DNA of 64,000 nt from Malacoraja senta (Eukaryota), in assembly GCA_038087875.1 (NCBI GenBank), contig JAXLNO010000544.1, forward strand, positions 1 through 64,000, written 5' to 3'. Within the stretch, counting starts at the first letter, position 1. Each line of letters begins with the position of its first letter. Position numbers and translations under genes: made by a program. Under the pieces are notes generated by a model. It was given only the letters and a program-made list of their open reading frames with translations, did not search any database and had not been told where the DNA came from. Shown here one piece after another: positions 1 through 12,000 of this stretch.

Positions 1-3000
1 ATTCGAGGCTGCCGTTGGGGTTTAGCTGCAGGCATTGGGGTTGAGCGGCTGGCGTTGGTGGATAGAGGCTGGCGTTGGGGCTTCGCGGCCGGCGTTGGGG
101 TTCCGAGGCTGGCGTTGGGGTTTTGAGGCTGGCGTTGGAGTTTCGAGGCTGGCGTTGGGGGTTTCGAGGCTGGCGTTGGCGTTTCGAGGCTGGCGTTGGG
201 GTTTCGAGGCTGGCGTTGGGGTTTCGAGGCTGGCGTTGGGGTTTCGAGGCTGCGTTGGGGTTTCGAAGTTGCCGTTGGGGATTCGAGGCTGCCGTTGGGT
301 TTCGAGGCTGCTGGGGATTCGAGGCTGCTGTTGGGGTTTAGAGTACCGTGGGTTTAGCGGCTGCCCTTGCGGTTTCGAGGCTGCTGTTGGGGTTTATCGG
401 CTGCCGTTGTGGGTTAGCTGCAGGCGTTGGGGATTACCTGCAGGCGTTGAGGTTTACCTGCAGGCGTTGGGGTTGAACGGCTGGCGTTGGGGCTTCGTGG
501 CTGGCATTGGGGCTTTGGGGCTTTGTGGCTGGCGTTAGGGCTTCGCGGCCGGCGTTAGGGCTTCGCGCTGGCGTTGGGGTTCTGGGGCTGGCGTTGGGTT
601 CTGGGGCTGGCGTTGGGGTTCTGGGGCTGGCGTTGGGTTCAGCGGCTGGCGTTGGTGTTCAGAGGCTACGTTTGGGATTTCGAGGCTGGCGTTGGGGTTT
701 CGAGGCTGGCGTTGGGGTTTCGAGGCTGGCGTTGGGGTTTCGAGGCTGGCGTTGGGGTTTCGAGGCTGCCGTTGGGGTTTCGAGGCTGCCGTTGGGGTTT
801 CAAGGGTGCCGTTGGGGTGTCGAGGCTGCCGTTGGGTTTCGAGGCTGCGTTGCGGTTTCGAGGCTGCCGTTGGGTTTCGAGGCTGCCGTTGGGTTTCGAC
901 GTTGCCGTTGGGGTTTCGAGGCTGCCGTTGGGGGTTGAGCGGCTGCCGTTGGGGTTGAGCGGCTGCCGTGGGTGAGAAGCTGGCGTTGGGGGGTTTGCGG
1001 CTGGCGTTGGGGGTTAGTGGTTGGCGATGGGGCTTCGCGGCTAGCGGGGCTGCGCGGCTGGCGTTGGCGTTTGCGGCTTGTGTTGGGGCTTCGCGGCTGG
1101 CGTTGGGGTTTCGATGCTGGCGTTGGGGTTACGAGGCTGGCGTTGGGGTTTCGAGGCTGGCGTTGGTCCGAGCTTGCGTTGGGGGTTTCGAGGCTGCCGT
1201 TGGGGTTTCGGGGCTGTTGTTGGTGGTTAGCGGCTGCCGTTGGTGCTTCGCGACTGGCGTTGGGGCTTCGCGGCTGGCGTTGGGGCTTCGCGGCTGGCGT
1301 TGGGGCTTCGTGGATGGCGTTGGGGCTTCGCGGCTGGCTGCATTTCGGTGCTGGCGTTGGGGTTCCGGGCTGGCGTTGGGGTTCATCGGCTAGCGTTGGG
1401 GTTCAGCGGCTGGCGTTGGGGTTTCGAGGCTGGCGTTGGGGTTTCGAGGCTGGCGTTGGGGTTTGGAGGCTGGCGTTGGGGTTTGGAGGCTGGCGTTGGG
1501 GTTGAGGCTGCGTTGGGGTTTGGAGGCTGGCGTTGGGGTTCGGAGGCTGGCGTTGGTGTTTCGAGGCTGGCGTTGGTCCCGAGGCTGCCGTTGGGGTTTC
1601 GAGGTTGCCGTTGGGGTTTAACGGCTGCCGTTGGGGTTTAGCTGCAGGCGTTGGGGTTGAGCGGCTGGCGTTGGGGGTTGAGCGGCTGGCGTTGGGGTTC
1701 AGAGTCTGGCGTTGGGATTCGTGGCTGGCGTTGGGGCATCGCGGCTGGCTTTGGGGCTTCGTTGCTGGCTTTGGCGTTTCGGGGCTGGCGTTGGGGTTCG
1801 GGGCTGGCTTTGGGGTTCCGGGGCTGGCTTTGGGGTTCTGGGCTTGTGTTGGGGTTCCGGGGCTGGCGTTGGGGTTCAGCGGCTGCCGTTGGGGTTTAGC
1901 AGCTGCCATTGCGGTTTAGCTGCAAGTGTTGGGGTTTACCTGCAGGCGTTCGAGTTGAGCGGCTGTCGTTGGGGGTTAGCGGCTGGCGTTGGGGGTTAGC
2001 GGCTGGCGTTGGGGGTTAGCGGCTGGCGTTGGGGGTTAGCGGCTGGCGTTGGGGGTTAGCGGCTGGCGTTGGGGTTTAGGGGCTGGCGTTGCGGTTTCGA
2101 GGCTGGCGTTGGAGTCCCGAGGCTGCCGTTGGGGTTTCGAGGCTGCCGTTGGGGTTTCGAGGCTGCCGGGGTTTCGAGGCTGACGTTGGTGTTTCGAGGC
2201 TGACGTTGGTGTTTCGAGGCTGACGTTGGGGTTTCAAGGCTGCCGTTGGGGTATCGAGTCTGCCGTTGGGGTTTAGCGGTTGCCGTTGGGGTTTACCTGC
2301 AGGAGTTTGGGGTTACCTGCAGGAGTTGGGGTTTACTGCAGGCGTAGGGGTTGAGCGGCTGGCGTTTGTGGATAGCGGCTGGCGTTGGGGCTTCGTGGCT
2401 GGCGTTGGGGCTTCGTGGCTGGCGTTGGGGCTTCGCGGCTGGCATTGGCGTTTAGCGGCTGCGGTTGGGGTTCCGGGGCTGCGTTGGGGTTCCGAGGCTG
2501 CCGTTGGGGTTTCGGGGCTGCCGTTGGGGTTTAGAGGCTGCCGTTGCGGTTTAGCGGCTGGCGTTGGGGTTTAGCGGCTGCGTTGGGTTTAGCGGCAGGC
2601 GTTGGGGTTGAGCGGTTGTCGTTGGGGTTGAGCAGCTGTTGTTGGTGGTTAGCAGCTGGCGTTGGTGCTTCGCGGCTGGCGTTGGGGCTTCGCGGCTGGC
2701 GTTGGGGCTTCGTGGATGGCGTTGGGGCTTCGCGGCTGGCGTTGGGGTTCAGCGGCTGGCGTTGGGGTTTGGAGGCTGGCGTATGGGGTTTCAAGGCTGG
2801 CGTTGGGTTCGAGGCTGCCGTTGGGGATCAGAGGCTGGCGTTGGGTTCAGAGGCTGGCGTTGGTGTTTCGAGGCTGACGTTGGTCCCGAGGCTGCCGTTG
2901 GGGTTTCGAGGTTGCCATTTGGGTTTAGCTGCAGGCGTTGGGTTAGCTGCAGGCGTTGGGGTTGAGCGGCTGGCATTGGTGTTGGGGTTTCGAGGCTGGC

Positions 3001-6000
3001 GTTGGGTTTCGAGGCTGGCGTTGGGGTTTCGAGTCTGGCGTTGGGATTCGAGGGCTGCCGTTGGGGTTTCGAGGGTGCCGTTGGGGTTTCGAGGCTGCCG
3101 TTGGGGTTTCGAGGCTGCCGTTGGGGTTTCGAGGCTGCCGTTGGGGTTTCGAGGCTGCCGTTGGGGTTTCGAGGCTGCCGTTGGGGTTTCGAGGCTGCCG
3201 TTGGGGTTTCGAGGCTGCCGTTGGGTTGAGCGGCTGCCGTTGGGGTTGAGCAGCTGCCGTTGGGGTTGAGCGGCTGCCGTTGGGGTTGAGAGGCTGGCGT
3301 TGGGGGTTGCGGCTGGCGTTGGGGGTTAGCGGATGGCGATGGGGCTTCGCGGCTAGCGGGGGCTGCGCGGCTGGCGTTGGCGTTTAGCGGCTGGCGTTGG
3401 GGTTTCGATGCTGGCGTTGGGGTTACGAGGCTGGCGTTGGGGTTCAGAGTCTGGCTTTGGGTTCCGAGGCTGGCGTTGGGGTTTCGCGGCTGGCGTTGGT
3501 CCGAGGCTTGCGTTGGGGTTTCGAGGCTGTTCTTGGTGGTTAGCGGCTGCGTTGGTGCTTCGCGACTGGCGTTGGGGCTTCGTGGCTGGCGTTGGGGCTT
3601 CGCGGCTGGCGTTGGGGCTTCGTGGATGGCGTTGGGGCTTCGCGGATGGCTGGCGTTTCGGTGCTGGCGTTGGGGTTCCGGGCTGGCGTTGGGGTTCATC
3701 GGCTGGCGTTGGGGTTCAGCGGCTGGCGTTGGGTTTGGAGGCTGGCGTTGGGGTTTGGAGGCTGGCGTTGGGGTTTGGAGCTGGCGTTAGGGTTTCGAGG
3801 CTGGCGTTGGGGTTTCGAGGCTGGCGTTGGGGTTTGGAGGCTGGCGTTGGGGTTTGGAGGCTGGCGTTGGGGTTCGGAGGCTGGCGTTGGTGTTTCGAGG
3901 CTGGCGTTGGTCCCGAGGCTGCCGTTGGGGTTTCGAGGTTGCCGTTGGGGTTTAACGGCTGCCGTTGGGGTTTAGCTGCAGGCGTTGGGTTGAGCTGCAG
4001 GCGTTGGGGTTGAGCGGCTGGCGTTGGGGTTGAGCGGCTGGCGTTGGGGTTCAGAGTCTGGCTTTGGGGCTTCGTAGCTGGCCTTGGCGTTTTGGGGCTG
4101 GCGTTGGGGTTCCGGGCTGGCTTTGGGGTTCCGGGGCTGGCTTTGGGTTCTGGGGCTTGTGTTGGGGTTCTGGGGCTGGCGTTGGGGTTCAGCGGCTGGC
4201 GTTGGGGTTCAGCGCTGCCGTTGGGGTTTAGCAGCTGCCATTGCGGTTTAGCTGCAAGTGTTGGGGTTTACCTGCAGGCGTTCGAGTTTGAGCGGCTGGC
4301 GTTGGGGGTTAGCGCTGGCGTTGGGGGTTAGCGGCTGGCGTTGGGGGGTTAGCGGCTGGCGTTGGGGATTAGTGGCTGGCGTTGGGGGTTAGCGGCTGGC
4401 GTTGGGGGTTAGCGGCTGGCGTTGGGGGTTAGCGGCTGGCGTTGGGGGTTAGCGGCTGGTTTAGGGGCTGGCGTTGCGGTTTCGAGGCTGTCGTTGGAGT
4501 CCCGAGGCTGGCGTTGGGGTTTTGAGGCTGGCGTTGGAGTTCAGAGGCTGGCGTTGGAGTTCAGAGGCTGGCGTTGAGTTCTGAGGCTGCCGTTGGGGTT
4601 TCGAGGCTGGCGTTGGGGTTTCGAGGATGCCGTTGGGGTTTCGTGTCTGCCGTTGGGGTTTCGAGGCTGCCGTTGGGGTTTCGAGGCTGCCGGGGTTTCG
4701 AGGCTGCCATTGGGGTTTCGAGGCTGCCGTTGGGGTTTCGAGGCTGCCGTTGGGGTTTCGAGGCTGCCGGGGTTTCGAGGCTGACGTTGGTGTTTCGAGG
4801 CTGACGTTGGTGTTTCGAGGCTGACGTTGGGGTTTCGAGGCTGACGTTGGTGTTTCGAGGCTGACGTTGAGGTTTCGAGGCTGCCGTTGGGGTATCGAGT
4901 CTGCCGTTGGGGCTTAGCGGCTGCCGTTGGGGTTTAGCTGCAGGAGTTGGGGTTTACCTGCAGGAGTTGGGGTTTACCTGCAGCCGTTGGGGTTGAGCGG
5001 CTGGCGTTTGTGGATAGCGGCTGGCGTTGGGGCTTCGTGGCTGGCGTTGGGGCTTCGCGGCTGGCATTGGCGTTTAGCGGCTGCGGTTGGGGTTCCGGGG
5101 CTGGCGTTGGGGTTTCGGGGCTGCGTTGGGGTTTAGAGGCTGCCGTTAGGGTTTAGCGGCTGGCGTTTGGGGTTGAGCGGCTGGCGTTGGGGTTGAGCGG
5201 CTGTTGTTGGTGGTTAGCGCAGGCGTTGGTGCTTCGCGACTGGCGTTGGTGCTTCGCGACTGGCGTTGGGGGCTCAGCGGCTGGCGTTGGGGTTTCGAGG
5301 CTGGCGTTGGGTTTGGAGGCTGGCGTTGGGGTTTGGAGGCTGGCGTTGGGGTTTCAAGGCTGGCGTTGGGTTCGAGGCTGCCGTTGGGGATCAGAGGTTG
5401 GCGTTGGGGTTCAGAGGCTGCCGTTGGGGTTTTGAGGTTGCCGTTGGGGTTTAGCTGCAGGCGTTGGGGTTTAGCTGCAGGCGTTGGGGTTGAGCGGCTG
5501 GCATTGGCGTTTCGGGGCGGACGTTGGGGTTCAGCGGCTGGCGTTGGGGTTTGGAGGCTGGGGTTGGGGTTTGGAGGCTGGCGTTGGGGTTTGGAGGCTG
5601 GCGTTGGGGCTTCGCGGCTGGCGTTGGGCGTTTAGCGGTTGCCGTTGGGGTTCAGAGGCTGGCGTTTGAGTTCCGAGGCTGTCTTTGGAGTCCCGGTTGG
5701 GGTTGAGCGGCTGTTGTTGGTGGTTAGCGGCTGGCGTTGGGGCTTCGCGGCTGGCATTGGCGTTTCGGGGCTGGCGTTGGGGTTCATCGGCTAGCGTTGG
5801 GGTTCCGAGGCTGGCGTTGGGGTTTGGAGGCTGGCGTTTGAAGTTTTCGAGGCTGCCGTTGGGGATCAGAGGCTGGCGTTGGGGTTCAGAGGCTGGCGTT
5901 GGTGTTTCGAGGCTGGCGTTGGTCCTGAGGCTGCCGTTGGGGTTTCGAGGTTGCCGTTGAGGTTTAGCTGCAGGCGTTGGGGTTGAGCGGCTGGCGTTGG

Positions 6001-9000
6001 GGCTTCGTGGATGGCGTTGGGGCTTCGCGGCTGGCGTGGCGTTTCGCGGCTGGCGTTGGGGTTCCGGGGCTGGCGTTGGGGTTCATCGGCTAGCATTGGG
6101 GTTCAGCGGCTGGCGTTGGGGTTTCGAGGCTGGTTTTGGGGTTTCGAGGGTGGCGTTGGGGTTTGGAGGCTGGCGTTGGGGTTCAGAGGCTGGCGTTGGG
6201 GTTTCGAGGCTGGTGTTGGGGTTTCGAGGTTGCCGTTGGGGTTTAACAGCTGCCATTGGGGTTTAGCTGCAGGCGTTGGGTTGAGCGGCTGGCGTTGGGG
6301 GTTGAGCGGCTGGCGTTGGGGGTTAGCGGCTGGCATTGGAGGTTAGCGGCTGGCGATGGGGCTTCGCGGCTGGCGTTGGGGCTTCTCGGCTGGTGTTGGA
6401 GTTTCGGGGCTGGCGTTGGGGTTTCGAGGTTGGCGTTGGGGTTTCGAGGCTGGCGTTGTGGTTTCAAGGCTGGCGTTGGGGTTCAGAGTCTGGCTTTGGG
6501 GTTCCGAGGCTGGCGTTGGGGTTTCGAGGCTGGCGGAGTCCCGAGGCTTGCGTGGGGTTTCGAGGCTGCCGTTGGGGTTTCGAGGCTGCCGTTGGGGTTT
6601 CGAGGGTGCCGTTGGGGTTTCGAGGCTGCCGTTGGGGTTTCGCGGCTGCCGTTGGGGTTTAGCTGCAGGCGTTGGGTTGAGGGGCTAGCGGGGGTTGAGC
6701 GGCTGGCGTTGGGGGTTTGCGGCTGTCATTGGGGTTCAGCGGCTGGCGTTGGGGTTCAGAGGCTGGCGTTTGAGTCCCGAGGCTGGCGTTGGAGTCCCGA
6801 GGCTGGCGTTGGGGTTCCGAGGCTGGCGTTGGTGTTCCAAGGCTGGCGTTGGGGTTCAGAGGCTGTCGTTGGGGTTCCGAGGCTGGCGTTGGGGTTCCGA
6901 GGCTGGCGTTGGGGTTTCGAGGCTGGCGTTGGGGATTCGAGGCTGCCGTTGGGGTTTCCAGGGTGCCGTTGGGGTTTCACGGCAGCCGTTGGGATTAGCG
7001 GCTGGCGGGGGTTGAGCGGCTGGCGTTGGGGGTTCGCGGCTGGCTTTGGGGGTTCGCGGCTGGCGATGGGACTTCGCGGCTGGCGTTAGCGGCTAGCGTT
7101 GGGGCTTCGCAGTTGGGGTTTCGATGCTGGCATTGGGGTTACGAGGCTGGCGTTGGGCTTCAGAGTCTGGCTTTGGGGTTTCGAGGCTGGCGTTGGGGTT
7201 TCGAGGCTGGCATTGGTCCCGAGGCTTGCGTTGGTGTTTTGAGGCTGCCGTTGGGGTTTCGGGGCAGCCATTGGGGTTTAGAGGCTACCGTTGGGGTTTA
7301 GCGGCTGCCGTTGGGGTTTAGCTGCAGGCGGTGGGGTTGAGCGGTTGGGGTTGAGCGGCTGTTGTTGGTGGTTAGCGGCTGGCGTTGGTGCTTCGCGACT
7401 GGCGTTGGGGCTTCGCGGCTGGCGTTGGGGCTTCGCGGCTGGCGTTGGGGCTTCGTGGATGGCGTTGGGGCTTCGCGGCTGGCATTGGCGTTTCGGGTCT
7501 GGCGTTGGGGTTCATCGGCTAGCGTTGGGGTTCAGCGGCTGGCGTTGGGGTTCCGAGGCTGGCGTTGGGTTTCGAGGCTGGCGTTGGGGTTTCGAGGCTG
7601 CCGTTGGGGATCAGAGGCTGGCGTTGGGGTTCAGAGGCTGGCGTTGGTGTTTCGAGGCTGGCGTTGGTCCGAGGCTGCCGTTGGGGTTTCGAGGTTGCCG
7701 TTGGGGTTTAGCTGCAGGCGTTGGGGTTGAGCGGCTGGCGTTGGGGCTTCGTGGATGGCGTTGGGGCTCGCGGCTGGCGTTGGGGTTTCGAAGTTGCCGT
7801 TGGGAATTCGAGGCTGCCGTTGGGGTTTCGAGCTGCTGGGATTCGAGGCTGCTGTTGGGGTTTAGAGTACCGTGGGTTTAGCAGCTGCCTTGCGGTTTCG
7901 AGGCTGCTGTTGGGGTTTATCGGCTGCCGTTGTGGGTTAGCTGCAGGCGTTGGGGATTACCTGCAGGCGTTGAGGTTTACCTGCAGCGTTGGGGTGAACG
8001 GCTGGCGTTGGGGCTTCGTGGCTGGCATTGGGCTTCGTGGCTGGCTTTGGGGCTTTGTGGCTGGCGTTAGGGCTTCGCGGCCGGCGTTAGGGCTTCGCGG
8101 CTGGCGTTGGGGTTCTGGGGCTGGCGTTGGGGTTCTGGGGCTGGCGTTGGGTTCTGGGCTGGCGTTGGGGTTCAGCGGCTGGCGTTGGTGTTCAGAGGCT
8201 ACGTTGGGATTTCGAGGCTGGCGTTGGGGTTTCGAGGCTGGCGTTGGGGTTTCGAGGCTGGCGTTGGGTTTCGAGGCTGGCGTTGGGGTTTCGAGGCTGC
8301 CGTTGGGGTTTCGAGGCTGCCGTTGGGGTTTCAAGGGTGCCGTTGGGGTGTCGAGGCTGCCGTTGGGGTTTCGAGGCTGCCGTTGCGGTTTCGAGGCTGC
8401 CGTTGGGGTTTCGAGGCTGCCGTTGGGGTTTCGACGTTGCCGTTGGGGTTTCGAGGCTGCCGTTGGGGTTTCGAGGCTGCCGTTGGGGTTGAGCGGCTGC
8501 CGTTGGGGTTGAGCGGCTGCCGTTGGGGTTGAGAAGCTGGCGTTGGGGGGGTTTGCGGCTGGCGTTGGGGGTTAGTGGTTGGCGATGGGGCTTCGCGGCT
8601 AGCGGGGCTGCGCGGCTGGCGTTGGCGTTTAGCGGCTTGTGTTGGGGCTTCGCGGCTGGCGTTGGGGTTTCGATGCTGGCGTTGGGGTTACGAGGCTGGC
8701 GTTGGGGTTTCGAGGCTGGCGTTGTCCCGAGGCTTGCGTTGGGTTTCGAGGCTGCCGTTGGGGTTTCGGGGCTGTTGTTGGTGGTTAGCGGCTGCCGTTG
8801 GTGCTTCGCGACTGGCGTTGGGGCTTCGCGGCTGGCGTTGGGGCTTCGCGGCTGGCGTTGGGGCTTCGTGGATGGCGTTGGGCTTCGCGGCTGGCTGGCA
8901 TTTCGGTGCTGGCGTTGGGGTTCCGGGGCTGGCGTTGGGGTTCATCGGCTAGCGTTGGGGTCAGCGGCTGGCGTTGGGGTTTCGAGGCTGGCGTTGGGGT

Positions 9001-12000
9001 TTCGAGGCTGGCGTTGGGGTTTGGAGGCTGGCGTTGGGGTTTGGAGGCTGGCGTTGGGGTTTGGAGGCTGCGTTGGGGTTTGAGGCTGGCGTTGGGGTTC
9101 GGAGGCTGGCGTTGGTGTTTCGAGGCTGGCGTTGGTCCCGAGGCTGCCGTTGGGTTTCGAGGTTGCCGTTGGGGTTTAACGGCTGCCGTTGGGGTTTAGC
9201 TGCAGGCGTTGGGGTTGAGCGGCTGCGTTGGGGGTTGAGCGGCTGGCGTTGGGGTTCAGAGTCTGGCGTTGGGGATTCGTGGCTGGCGTTGGGGCATCGC
9301 GGCTGGCTTTGGGGCTTCGTTGCTGGCTTTGGCGTTTCGGGGCTGGCGTTGGGGTTCCGGGGCTGGCTTTGGGGTTCCGGGGCTGGCTTTGGGGTTCTGG
9401 GGCTTGTGTTGGGGTTCCGGGCTGGCGTTGGGTTCAGCGGCTGCCGTTGGGGTTTAGCAGCTGCCATTGCGGTTTAGCTGCAAGTGTTGGGGTTTACCTG
9501 CAGGCGTTCGAGTTGAGCGGCTGTCGTTGGGGGTTAGCGGCTGGCGTTGGGGTTAGCGCTGGCGTTGGGGGTTAGCGGCTGGCGTTGGGGGTTAGCGGCT
9601 GGCGTTGGGGGTTAGCGGCTGGCGTTGGGGTTTAGGGGCTGGCGTTGCGGTTTCGAGGCTGGCGTTGAGTCCCGAGGCTGCCGTTGGGGTTTCGAGGCTG
9701 CCGTTGGGGTTTCGAGGCTGCCGGGGTTTCGAGGCTGACGTTGGTGTTTCGAGGCTGACGTTGGTGTTTCGAGGCTGACGTTGGGGTTTCAAGGCTGCCG
9801 TTGGGGTATCGAGTCTGCCGTTGGGGTTTAGCGGTTGCCGTTGGGGTTTACCTGCAGGAGTTGGGGTTTACCTGCAGGAGTTGGGTTTACCTGCAGGCGT
9901 AGGGGTTGAGCGGCTGGCGTTTGTGGATAGCGGCTGGCGTTGGGGCTTCGTGGCTGGCGTTGGGGCTTCGTGGCTGGCGTTGGGGCTTCGCGGCTGGCAT
10001 TGGCGTTTAGCGGCTGCGGTTGGGGTTCCGGGGGCTGGCGTTGGGGTTCCGAGGCTGCCGTTGGGGTTTCGGGGCTGCCGTTGGGGTTTAGAGGCTGCCG
10101 TTGCGGTTTAGCGGCTGGCGTTGGGGTTTAGCGGCTGCCGTTGGGGTTTAGCGGCAGGCGTTGGGGTTGAGCGGTTGTCGTTGGGGTTGAGCAGCTGTTG
10201 TTGGTGGTTAGCAGCTGGCGTTGGTGCTTCGCGGCTGGCGTTGGGGCTTCGCGGCTGGCGTTGGGGCTTCGTGGATGGCGTTGGGGCTTCGCGGCTGGCG
10301 TTGGGGTTCAGCGGCTGGCGTTGGGGTTTGGAGGCTGGCGTTGGGGTTTCAAGGCTGGCGTTGGGTTCGAGGCTGCCGTTGGGGATCAGAGGCTGGCGTT
10401 GGGTTCAGAGGTTGGTGTTTCGAGGCTGACGTTGGTCCCGAGGCTGCCGTTGGGGTTTCGAGGTTGCCATTTGGGTTTAGCTGCAGGCGTTGGGGTTAGC
10501 TGCAGGCGTTGGGTTGAGCGGCTGGCATTGGTGTTGGGGTTTCAAGGCTGGCATTGGGTTTCGAGGCTGGCGTTGGGGTTTCGAGTCTGGCGTTGGGGAT
10601 TCGAGGCTGCCGTTGGGTTTCGAGGGTGCCGTTGGGGTTTCGAGGCTGCCGTTGGGGTTTCGAGGCTGCCGTTGGGGTTTCGAGGCTGCCGTTGGGGTTT
10701 CGAGGCTGCCGTTGGGGTTTCGAGGCTGCCGTTGGGGTTTCGAGGCTGCCGTTGGGGTTTCGAGGCTGCCGTTGGGGTTGAGCGGCTGCCGTTGGGGTTG
10801 AGCAGCTGCCGTTGGGGTTGAGCGGCTGCCGTTGGGGTTGAGAGGCTGGCGTTGGGGGTTTGCGGCTGGCGTTGGGGGTTAGCGGATGGCGATGGGGCTT
10901 CGCGGCTAGCGGGGCTGCGCGGCTGGCGTTGGCGTTTAGCGGCTGGCGTTGGGGTTTCGATGCTGGCGTTGGGGTTACGAGGCTGGCGTGGGGTTCAGAG
11001 TCTGGCTTTGGGGTTCCGAGGCTGGCGTTGGGGTTCGCGGCTGGCGTTGGTCCCGAGGCTTGCGTTGGGGTTTCGAGGCTGTTCTTGGTGGTTAGCGGCT
11101 GGCGTTGGTGCTTCGCGACTGGCGTTGGGGCTTCGTGGCTGGCGTTGGGGCTTCGCGGCTGGCGTTGGGGCTTCGTGGATGGCGTTGGGGCTTCGCGGAT
11201 GGCTGGCGTTTCGGTGCTGGCGTTGGGTTCCGGGGCTGGCGTTGGGGTTCATCGGCTGGCGTTGGGGTTCAGCGGCTGGCGTTGGGGTTTGGAGGCTGGC
11301 GTTGGGTTTGGAGGCTGGCGTTGGGGTTTCGAGGCTGGCGTTGGGGTTTCGAGGCTGGCGTTGGGGTTTGGAGGCTGGCGTTGGGTTTGGAGGCTGGCGT
11401 TGGGGTTCGGAGGCTGGCGTTGGTGTTTCGAGGCTGGCGTTGGTCCGAGGCTGCCGTTGGGGTTTCGAGGTTGCCGTTGGGGTTTAACGGCTGCCGTTGG
11501 GGTTTAGCTGCAGGCGTTGGGGTTGAGCTGCAGGCGTTGGGGTTGAGCGGCTGGCGTTGGGGGTTGAGCGGCTGGCGTTGGGGTTCAGAGTCTGGCTTTG
11601 GGGCTTCGTAGCTGGCCTTGGCGTTTTGGGGCTGGCGTTGGGGTTCCGGGGCTGGCTTTGGGGTTCCGGGGCTGGCTTTGGGGTTCTGGGGCTTGTGTTG
11701 GGGTTCCGGGGGCTGGCGTTGGGGTTCAGCGGCTGGCGTTGGGGTTCAGCGGCTGCCGTTGGGGTTTAGCAGCTGCCATTGCGGTTTAGCTGCAAGTGTT
11801 GGGGTTTACCTGCAGGCGTTCGAGTTGAGCGGCTGGCGTTGGGGGTTAGCGGCTGGCGTTGGGGGTTAGCGGCTGGCGTTGGGGGTTAGCGGCTGGCGTT
11901 GGGGATTAGTGGCTGGCGTTGGGGGTTAGCGGCTGGCGTTGGGGTTAGCGGCTGGCGTTGGGGGTTAGCGGCTGGCGTTGGGGGTTAGCGGCTGGTTTAG

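Noticed and set aside
1033..1049. CENP-B-box-like CTTCGCGGCTAGCGGGG (also ~3345, 8591, 10898)
   Set aside because: It lacks the essential central A (8 of 9 core positions), arises easily from the monomer, and is sparse. CENP-B box function is established mainly in mammals.
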